Assembly (NCBI GenBank): GCA_964057225.1
Contig: OZ059898.1
Span: forward strand, 15,748,001-15,812,000
Length of the DNA: 64,000 nt
Source of the DNA: Auanema rhodensis
Lineage: Eukaryota; Animalia; Nematoda
Reading direction: 5' to 3'
Made by a program: the position numbers and the translations under genes. This document shows positions 1 to 9,666 of this stretch, piece by piece. The notes under the pieces are model-generated. The model ran no database searches. It had not been told where the DNA came from and saw only the letters and a list, made by a program, of their open reading frames with translations. The first letter of the stretch is position 1. Each line of letters opens with the position of its first letter.

Positions 1-185
1 TGTTATATTTTCATAGCCATTGTTTTGATTATATCACTCAGTTTGAACTTTAAAAGAACTTCATTTCAGCTTAGTTCTTTCTCTTTTGGCGTTGTGATGG
101 TTGTGCTCGCTTTTTGTTAAAGTTGTTTTTGTGATTGTGGCCAGCCTGTTTGTCTCTGTGATACTTCTCAGTTCCATTATACAGA

Positions 186-3100
186 ATGGACTCGTTATAT
201 TTGAATACTCCTAAACCTTTTACCAAATATCCCACTGGCTATAGGCCAGTAAACTCAAGTTTAGCTGGTGCTCGTCGTTTCGGCAGTGTATCGTCGTTGA
301 GCAATAATTACAATTTTAATGATTGCTCACCAAATCAGCAGCATCATCACTCAACGTCCTATCATCAACAGTATAGTCCCAATAACCCGAATTCTTTTGC
401 GGAAGTGACTTCTCAGAGCAGCAAAAGCTATCGCTATGGTAGTGTTGGACCCTATGGTGAAATGCCTCAGGATAATAGCGCTCTTTCATCTAGAGCTGCT
501 TCGCCACAGAGATACATCTTCCCACAAACACCAAATCTACTCGAAAGCTCAGTAATTCACAGTGAAGTTCCACGAACAATGACAGGTGAAGAATTTCTTG
601 AAAAACTTCGTCGACAAAAAGAAGAAATCGAGCGTACGCTATCCAAGCCTTTGGTCTCCAGTTACATTCAATCACCTCCTCCCTATGGATCCGAAGAGTG
701 TTCCCCTATGATGAAGGCCAACTTTCATGTTCATGATAACATGCCAAATCACGATTCTCGCTTCTACACTAACTCAGCTCCAACACCGTTGTTCAAAACT
801 CGATCAGAATCAGTAATAGATTATGACAGAAAATCTTATCCACATATTTCTCCAATGAATGATCAAAAGATGTGTTCTTCATTTAATGGCCAATTTCATA
901 ATTCTGATCAATTCTCTCCTCCACAACATTTTAATCGTTTGAGTATGCCACCTCCTCCTACTCGTTCGATTGATGATCAAAATCTTCACTGTGAATCTAA
1001 CTGGATGACCCATCCCCCTCCACCTATCAATATGGATCCAAAGCCACATCGGAAGGATTTCAACGGAAACTATGGAGATTCACTTTCATTTAATTTAAAT
1101 GAATCGTTCAAAAATGGACAAACAATTGTTCCTATTAAGCTGGATGATGATAGAATTTTGAAGATTTATGCTCCTCAAATACAACCACAGAATGATGCTG
1201 TTTCTTCTCCTCTAAATATCAAGACTGGTCAACACACACCTGTTTCTAATCCATTGCTTCCGGCATCTGTTCCAAGAGAAGTTAAACCATTTGAGTCAAA
1301 TAGTTATCCTACTTCACCTTACGATTTACGATTTGAACCGTCATCTGATAATGGACCTACATGGAACAGTCCGGTTTCTGCTCCAAATTCTTTTATCCAA
1401 CCTCCACCTCCAAAATACCACCAGCACAACCCTCGGGCAGATTCTACAACCAGCCGATCTATGAGAGTTGGTAGTGTTCAAGATGTTAGCCGAGATAGTT
1501 ATATAGCGAAGGATTATGACAGCAACAATTTCCCAGAAATACCATTAAGTGTGCGGGAAAATAACATACCTGTCGTTTCGCAGCGAACCCGACCTTCACC
1601 ATTTAATTCGCGCCTGGATGAACCTAGCAGAAGAGATTCTTTCTTTGGTCCCGTATCTTCAAAAGTATTTCCAGGTCACAGCCGAATTAACGGCTTCATA
1701 AATGATTCTACACAAGCTTCAGCAGGAACATTCCAACAGGTGGAGCAAACACGAACATCAGCACCCAAGGAGAGATCCTTTGCTATTGTTTCCCGACCAA
1801 GCTCTCCTCCTGTTTCTGTGGAAAGCACAACACGAACGATTCCTAACCATACATTGCGCCAAAGAGATTTTTCCCCTTCCCGAATGAACGAACGACCTTT
1901 TACCTTATCTTCACCGACACAAGAGCCCAGCTCCCCACGATCTATCAGCTTCAGCCCGACGAACTCAATTACAACAAGAAGCTTGGGTTCTCCTATGTCA
2001 TGCTATGATAATGATTCTGAAACAGAACCTCAGCAGAATAAATGGAATTTGCGAAATGATAATGTTTCTCAACATCGCGCAATCCAACCTCTTGCCCAAT
2101 CTACACCACAAGGAATTTTGGTAAAGAATCATGATGGATCTCGCCCACAGAAGAGAGTTGTTTTCCAATGTGATGCAGAAATGATGGATCGCTTGCGTAC
2201 TGAATATGGTAAAGTTTGGAGCTTTCTAACGTAATTTAAGTTGAAACATAGGAATTGCATCTAGCCCAAGCGAAGCTCCTTCTCATGTTCAAGTTTATGA
2301 GGACATAGTCGAATCAGTTCTTGAACCTTTCTATAAGCTTTCCGATGAGATAGGAGGCGATGTTCAAGCTCTCGTAAGCGAATCTGTTTCAAGTTCTTTC
2401 ATATTATGTTTTTTTCAGAAAAACAAGATTGCTTCTACTTTTGACCATTTGAAGAACTTTCTTTGGATTGCCGCTGGAAGAACTGAACCAGCTGACAATG
2501 ATGTTCAAGGTTTAGTTGCTCCAATGGTAAAACTTCTTGGAGAAATCAGTGAATTCAAGGTGTTTATCTTCAATAGTTCTGTTTTACTTTACTCTGCTTT
2601 AGGACTCCAAGAAAGGTAGCGCAGTCTACAATCACTGTTGTGCGGTAGCAGAAGGAATACCCGCTGTTGGATGGGTTTTGATTAAGAAAACTCCCGCTGC
2701 CTACGTTAAAGATATGCTTGAAGCTTCGATGTTCTACGTCAACAAAATCCTCAAAGAATTCAAGGTTATCATATCTCCAGAATCCCGTGTACGCTGTTGT
2801 TTCAGGCCAGTGACCCTAAGCAAGCTGATTGGGCGAAAGCCTGGAAAGAAATTTTGGAATTGATGTGTACCTTTGTCCGTAAAACTCATACAACCGGCCT
2901 TGTATGGAACAGCGCACCTGTAAGTTCTTCGTGTTAAACTTCTAATCTCTTGTCTCAACAGGGAAGCGTTCCACCAAGTGGTTCTGCCGCTCCCGCTAAG
3001 AGTGGTCCACCACCTCCACCTGCAGGAGGACCTCCTCCACCTCCTCCTCCACCACCAACAAGTATGCTCTTCTTGTATAAGCTCTAAATTCTGACTTGGT

Positions 3101-4037
3101 TTCAGATCTGATGGCCGGAATTTCTTCGGGTCCCAGACCAGTCAACGGGAAGGTCGGAAGAAATGCTTTGTTCGCTGAAATTAACAAGGGTGAAAACATT
3201 ACTGCAAACTTGAAGAAGGTTCATGCCGATATGCAAAATCATAAAAATTCTAATACAAATGCTTCGGTGAGTTTAAAGTTCATTCTTTCTAATAGAACTA
3301 TTTATGTAGTCATATGCCTCGGTTAAACATACAGGAGGACTGAACGGGCATGTAGCGTCCAAAGTGTCTGGTTCACGGACACCTAAAATTGAACTTCATG
3401 ATGGCAAGCAATGGAACATTGTAAGTTGTTGAGTAGTTTTGAACGAATCTTATGAGATTTTGTAGGAATATCAAGTGAACAACAGAAATATTGTAATCAA
3501 TATTGATGATAAGAAACAAACTATGTATGTTTTTAAATGCGAAAATTGCGTTATTCAGGTATTTTTTCATAGAAAGTTTCAAAAAATATATTTCTCTTCT
3601 TTAGGTTAAAGGAAAATTGAATTCCATAACTTTGGATGGATGTAAGAAGACTTCAATTGTCTTTGATGCTCTTGTAGCCCAATGTGAAACTATTAACTGT
3701 CAAAGTGTCCAGATTCAGGTTCGAACTCATCGAGGTTTCGCTGAACCTTTTAATCCTTCTGTTTCTAGACTATGGGAGAGATGCCAACTCTTTCAATCCA
3801 GAAAACGGATGGATGCCAAGTGTACTTGAGCGAAGCTTCCCTCGGAGCTGAGATTGTTACTAGTAAATCCAGCGAAATGAACATTCTCATCCCTGGAGCT
3901 GACGGCGAATTCGTAAGCATTGAAAAGCAAAAACGTTGATAAAAATTTGTTTTCAGAATGAATTAGCCGTACCTGAGCAGTTCAAGACGGTTATTGAGCG
4001 GGGAAAACTCGTAACTGTCGCCTCTGACATAATTTAA
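186..4037 (+). CDS. Adenylyl cyclase-associated protein (CAP/Srv2) paralog, copy A, with a ~675-aa Ser/Pro-rich N-terminal extension (~1121 aa if it starts at ATG 186; may have an upstream exon outside the window)
   Basis: Exons joined in frame through GT-AG introns of 41-50 bp: 186-2208, 2252-2373, 2419-2559, 2603-2764, 2806-2919, 2962-3061, 3106-3266, 3310-3420, 3466-3558, 3605-3718, 3769-3912, 3957-4037. The translation shows the CAP helical domain ([32 protein letters not shown]), a polyproline P1 region, WH2 ([19 protein letters not shown]) and the CARP domain ([33 protein letters not shown]). Confidence 0.9.
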
Positions 4038-4258
4038 TTTAAAATTGCAAACCTCGCATGATATTTTCGTTTCTAGCTTTTCGAATTTTGTAAAAATGTC
4101 CTTTTTCGGAATGTTAATGCTCAACAATACGAGTTTTCATCGTTGCAAGCTTTTATTGTGTGAATATATTTATTATTTCACGTGGTTTGAATTTGGATTC
4201 TTGTGTCTTGTCATAATCTCAATTATACTGAAAATATGCAATAATCCTTAATAAATTC
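2315..4258 (+). repeat. Tandem duplication/conversion unit, copy A (pairs with 7617-9562)
   Basis: Aligns to copy B at offset +5302, then +5304. By eye there are ~4 mismatches in 2315-3127 and ~4 in 3394-4258; 3128-3393 is strongly diverged. Confidence 0.95.
4250..4255 (+). terminator. Poly(A) signal of CAP copy A
   Basis: AATAAA ~210 nt after the stop codon; same position in copy B. Confidence 0.65.
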
Positions 4259-6560
4259 ATTAAAATTTATTATCGCCGAATACAATCACGTGTATATTTT
4301 TTAAATTGTGGAAAAAAGTTTTGATTGTATATTTACTACTTCAACAAAACCATTTACTCCTTGAGTCTGTTTGTTTTAAAAGTAATAAAATTTATAAAAT
4401 AACTCTTTCTTTGTTACAATTCATCACTCTTTCAACATTTTTTTCGTAAATCGTGTAACACTAATTATCAAACGTTTAATTTGAGCTCTTCAAAATATTC
4501 ACGTAACGTGAAACAGATTTTATTGCAAATATTGTTGTTGCGAAGAACGGTTGGTTTCTTTTTCACCGAAAATTCCTTGCTTTCCATCGGTATCTGTTGT
4601 GTTTTTCAATTTCTCCGATTCCCCAATAGTTGTATAATTGTAGAACATCTGTAGTTTCTGGTTATTTTATATTGATTACACAAAAATCCAATTTTTACAG
4701 TCTTGTATTAGGCGGAGGTCAAACATTAATTTCAGCGAATGTGTTTTTGAGCTGACCTGCATAAGCTGAGAAAGACAGGTAGAAGATACTAATAACTTTA
4801 TTAACTGCTGTTCATTGTCCTGCATGTGTCATTAGAAACGGGAGAAGAAAGTTTGAACAATGTGTTTGAACATATGGAGAAAAACGTCGAGGTGTTCAAG
4901 TTGAGGACGAAAGACGGCTGTCGATCATTATGCACCGTATCGATCGATGATTTGTCGACCCTCGACCTCCCCCACAGCGCGTCATCTATCTAAGCTCACA
5001 GCTGTCTCTAGAACTATATATCAGTTGCTCATTGATCTTTCTTTTACTTCGACAACATCTGAACAGTTCCCACCCAGCCTCCCCCGTTGTATCAATTTTT
5101 CTTAATACATTGTTAATCCACAGTTTAGTCGCATATAGGTGGCTATTGGAATCAATTGTAGGCAGTGCTTCTCTTTTTTGTTTTTAATTTATTATTTTAT
5201 TTACAAATATTCACTTGTTTTTTTGTCATCTTTTTCAATTATCTTCTTATTTCTATAACAATTATCTTTTTTTCTCGAAATGATCTTAAAATTGAGAATA
5301 GATCATCCCGCATCTATGAACAGACAATATCTACATGTTCACAAAGCGTTTACCTATTATATCATCTATATTGTTCATTTGTCAGTTCAAGTGTTGAATT
5401 CATCTAACGGTTATAACATCAGATTTTCTATTTCATTATTAAAATCAGTTTTCTTTTTAAATTTTTTTCTCAAATCCTGTCCTCTCTGAGTTGTCATAAT
5501 CCTGATTTTAGTGTTATTATCTCGACTTAGTGTATGGTGTTCTTATTGATAAAAGTTAAATCTTGTTGTTTGTCTTCATCATGACAAATGCTTGAGCCAA
5601 AGATTGTGTATATCAAGATACTTAACATCGATCACATGGGCCGACTGATAATTGTCAATTATCATCAACAGAATTTGAAACTGACTTCAATTTGTAAACC
5701 AACCTATTCGCAATACCAATTTCCTTTGAAGATTGATATTAAGGATAATTCCTGCTCAAGTGGAGTGGTATCTCCAATTTCAAGCTTTTCCATAATTTGC
5801 TCTATTGGAGTGCTTGAATGTTTCTTCTGCGACTGCTATTTTCGAACAAACGGTGATAATTTGAACCGTTTGTTAAATATTTGTATTGATGAAAATTTCT
5901 TATACCTGTAACAAAAAGTTTCATTGGCTATTTTTATCAGGTAGAAATCTATATAAGTGTGCCATTAGGAGTACAATCTGCTATCTCTCCATGTTGAGAC
6001 TTTTTTCTCTTCTCTCTTAGTGTTCTGTTACCTATCTCTATCTTTCTGGTTTTTTTAGACATTCATAATGCGCATTCTATGAGTCAACAACCGATCGAGA
6101 GATTTTTCATCGTTTCTTTAGTGTTAATGACGGTTGCATAAATGTTGACTGAGCTTCGCGTTTCTGTTTTTGGTATTGAAGATTATGTTATACTTCTTCA
6201 TATTCGGCTTCTCAGTTTGTTATGTTCTACAAAGCCTACTTTCTCATCACTTATGCTGTAATTGTTGCGTTCAATTACCAGTGAAACCAGACTATGCCCA
6301 CCTTGTAATACATATACGTCTTTCTTTATTCCGAGTAAACCTCTGCATATCCCATGCCTCGTTATGAACTATATACTCTGTTGCAAATATTCTAAATCAC
6401 CTTCAATAATTTCAACTCCAATACGTGCATATGATGATAATATTGTTTATTCGATTCGACATGTGAGTGTTCATGAAAACACCTGAGAAAGCTTCAAATT
6501 AATGTTTCATATCTGGAACGCTTTAGAGCATTTCCTACTTTAATGTCTGAAACCTAATTC

Positions 6561-6566
6561 TTTCAG
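6561..6566 (+). promoter_or_regulatory. Probable trans-splice (outron) acceptor of CAP copy B
   Basis: TTTCAG 12 nt upstream of ATG 6579, with no obvious paired donor. Confidence 0.55.
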
Positions 6567-6578
6567 AACGAGTCAAAT

Positions 6579-9341
6579 ATGGATGATAAGATGGAAAAAC
6601 TTTTACAAAGGCTCGAAATCGCCACCAGCAAGTTAGAAAACTTGACTAGCCAAAAGCCTCCACTTGCTCCCAAGCCAGCAGGTATGGCTGGTGCTGGTTC
6701 TGCCGGTAAGTTTTTCTTTTTCCCCAAACTTTGTCTCCCAAAACAGTATTGCCTGTGTTTTCATTTTGTAATCTTGAATTTTTCTAATGTTTCTTTTAAT
6801 ATATTGATGACGTAAAAGAAACGCATTCCTTTCTCTTGTGAATCATGTCAATTTCGTGTCGACAGTACCAAATCTGTCCTCACTCTTAACATGTCTCTGC
6901 GGAAGCGGATTATTAGTAAAGATCGCCTGCTTACAAGGTTACCAACGTTCCGGTTACCGAGTAAGTTCAATCTTTGTTATTTGGAATTTATTTGTCTGCG
7001 GATTTTGTGGGCAATGATGATTAGTAGTTTTGGTTGGTCGAGGTCCTTTTAATATGGAACTTCGATCTAGTTTCTTGTTTGTTTTTGAACGTTGTTTGGA
7101 ATTAGGCAACATTCACTCATTTTGACCATCTCTTCTAACTCCTCGCTCCGTTTTATACAATGTGTGAGACGATACACGGTGTCTCTCAGCACCTAGAACT
7201 AAGGCGAGTGCCTGAAAAATGTGTCGAACTTATATTTACGTCCTCTGCCACTCTAAATCTTAAAATTAAAAAAATACCAAAGCTAGTTGTTAGGAATTGT
7301 AAGTTATACTCCCTAATTTGAATGTTTGAGAATGTACTCGTATTCTTGAAAGTTTCATTTTTGATTGCTCGACATTAGTAGCGTTTTCCAATATTCTTTC
7401 GAAATATTTATTCTGTTTTTTTAGAAGAAACGGCGATTTCTAGACTTTTCTTTTTCACCTAGATTTAAATTTTCAATAAAATATCCGTTTACCTTTTCAA
7501 ACAAACAAATATGCTAAAATTAGAAAAATTAATTTCAAGCTCAAGTAATTCAGGTGTTGCTGCAAGCTCAGGAGATGCTCCTGCTCATGTTCAAGCTTAT
7601 GAGCAGTCAATGGAGGCAGTTCTTGAACCTTTCTATAAGCTTTCCGATGAGATAGGAGGCGATGTTCAAGCTCTCGTAAGCGAATCTGTTTCAAGTTCTT
7701 TCATATTATGTTTTTTTCAGAAAAACAAAATTGCTTCTACTTTTGACCATTTGAAGAACTTTCTTTGGATTGCCGCTGGAAGAACTGAACCAGCTGACAA
7801 TGATGTTCAAGGTTTAGTTGCTCCAATGGTAAAACTTCTTGGAGAAATCAGTGAATTCAAGGTGTTTATCTTCAATAGTTCTGTTTTACTTTACTCTGCT
7901 TTAGGACTCCAAGAAAGGTAGCGCAGTCTACAATCACTGTTGTGCGGTAGCAGAAGGAATACCCGCTGTTGGATGGGTTTTGATTAAGAAAACTCCCGCT
8001 GCCTACGTTAAAGATATGCTTGAAGCTTCGATGTTCTACGTCAACAAAATCCTCAAAGAATTCAAGGTTATCATATCTCCAGAATCCCGTGTACGCTGTT
8101 GTTTCAGGCCAGTGACCCTAAGCAAGCTGATTGGGCGAAAGCCTGGAAAGAAATTTTGGAATTGATGTGTACCTTTGTCCGTAAAACTCATACAACCGGC
8201 CTTGTATGGAACAGCGCACCTGTAAGTTCTTCGTGTTAAACTTCTAATCTCTTGTCTCAACAGGGAAGCGTTCCACCAAGTGGTTCTGCCGCTCCCGCTA
8301 AGAGTGGCCCACCACCTCCACCTGCAGGAGGACCTCCTCCACCTCCTCCTCCACCACCAACAAGTATGTTCTTCTTGTATAAGCTCTAAATTCTGACTTG
8401 GTTTCAGATCTTATGGCCGGAATTTCTTCCAGTTCGGCCCCTAGTGATGATAAGTCTGGTAGAGATGCTTTGTTCGCTGCAATTAACAAGGGTGAAAACA
8501 TTACTTCGGGTTTGAAGAAAGTAACCGCTGATATGCAGACTCACAAGAATCCAAATCTACGTTCTTCGGTAAAGTTATTAAGTGCCTATTGTTATTAACT
8601 TAGTATTTAGTCTACCGTTTCTGGAGCTATCGGATCTTCTGCCGCGAAGGCTGCCCCCGCTGCTGCTAAGCCTGTCGTTCGGCCACCAAAGATGGAGCTT
8701 CATGATGGCAAGCAATGGAACATTGTAAGTTGTTGAGTAGTTTTGAACGAATCTTATGAGATTTTGTAGGAATATCAAGTGAACAACAGAAATATTGTAA
8801 TCAATATTGATGATAAGAAACAAACTATGTATGTTTTTAAATGCGAAAATTGCGTTATTCAGGTATTTTTTCATAGAAAGTTTCAAAAAATATATTTCTC
8901 TTCTTTAGGTTAAAGGAAAATTGAATTCCATAACTTTGGATGGATGTAAGAAGACTTCAATTGTCTTTGATGCTCTTGTAGCCCAATGTGAAACTATTAA
9001 CTGTCAAAGTGTCCAGATTCAGGTTCGAACTCATCGAGGTTTCGCTGAACCTTTTAATCCGCCTGTTTCTAGACTATGGGAGAGATGCCAACTCTTTCAA
9101 TCCAGAAAACGGATGGATGCCAAGTGTACTTGAGCGAAGCTTCCCTCGGAGCTGAGATTGTTACCAGTAAATCCAGCGAAATGAACATTCTCATCCCTGG
9201 AGCTGACGGCGAATTCGTAAGCATTGAAAAGCAAAAACGTTGATAAAAATTTGTTTTCAGAATGAATTAGCCGTACCTGAGCAGTTCAAGACGGTTATTA
9301 AGCGGGGAAAACTCGTAACTGTCGCCTCTGACATAATTTAA
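6579..9341 (+). CDS. cas-1: Adenylyl cyclase-associated protein (CAP/Srv2), conventional copy B, ~490 aa
   Basis: Exons 6579-6705, 7554-7675, 7721-7861, 7905-8066, 8108-8221, 8264-8363, 8408-8568, 8611-8724, 8770-8862, 8909-9022, 9073-9216, 9261-9341, all in frame. Has the N-terminal RLE oligomerisation motif ([13 protein letters not shown]), helical domain, P1, canonical WH2 ([33 protein letters not shown]) and CARP. The CAP call is firm; cas-1 versus cas-2 is from memory of the N-terminal KPPLAPKP and is less sure. Confidence 0.93.
6891..6960 (+). CDS. Candidate alternative first coding exon of CAP copy B ([23 protein letters not shown])
   Basis: ATG at 6891 and a consensus GTAAGT donor at 6961; phase 1 matches the exon-2 acceptor at 7553. 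Confidence 0.4.
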
Positions 9342-9562
9342 TTTAAAATTGCAAACCTCGCATGATATTTTCGTTTCTAGCTTTTCGAATTTTGTAAAAA
9401 TGTCCTTTTTCGGAATGTTAATGCTCAACAATACGAGTTTTCATCGTTGCAAGCTTTTATTGTGTGAATATATTTATTATTTCACGTGGTTTGAATTTGG
9501 ATTCTTGTGTCTTGTCATAATCTCAATTATACTGAAAATATGCAATAATCCTTAATAAATTC
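7617..9562 (+). repeat. Tandem duplication/conversion unit, copy B
   Basis: Near-identical to 2315-4258 except for 8430-8697. Confidence 0.95.
9554..9559 (+). terminator. Poly(A) signal of CAP copy B
   Basis: AATAAA followed by a T-rich stretch (9577-9603). Confidence 0.65.
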
Positions 9563-9666
9563 GTCCTTACAATATGTTATTTGATTCTAAGTTTTTTCTT
9601 TTTCATATATAGTGAACTCATGGAAGTGAATTCATTGTGCTAGTTTAGTTAGCAATCATCATAGGA

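Noticed and set aside
2734-9555. Short ORFs overlapping the CAP genes on either strand, including the duplicated 68-aa ORFs at 4045 and 9349
   Set aside because: They are exon fragments, antisense shadows or 3'UTR sequence copied along with the duplication.
2315-9562. Explaining the CAP pair as an uncollapsed haplotype artefact
   Set aside because: The different N-termini, unalignable intron 7 and unrelated flanks are too divergent for alleles, and both frames are intact. Long reads are still needed for final proof.
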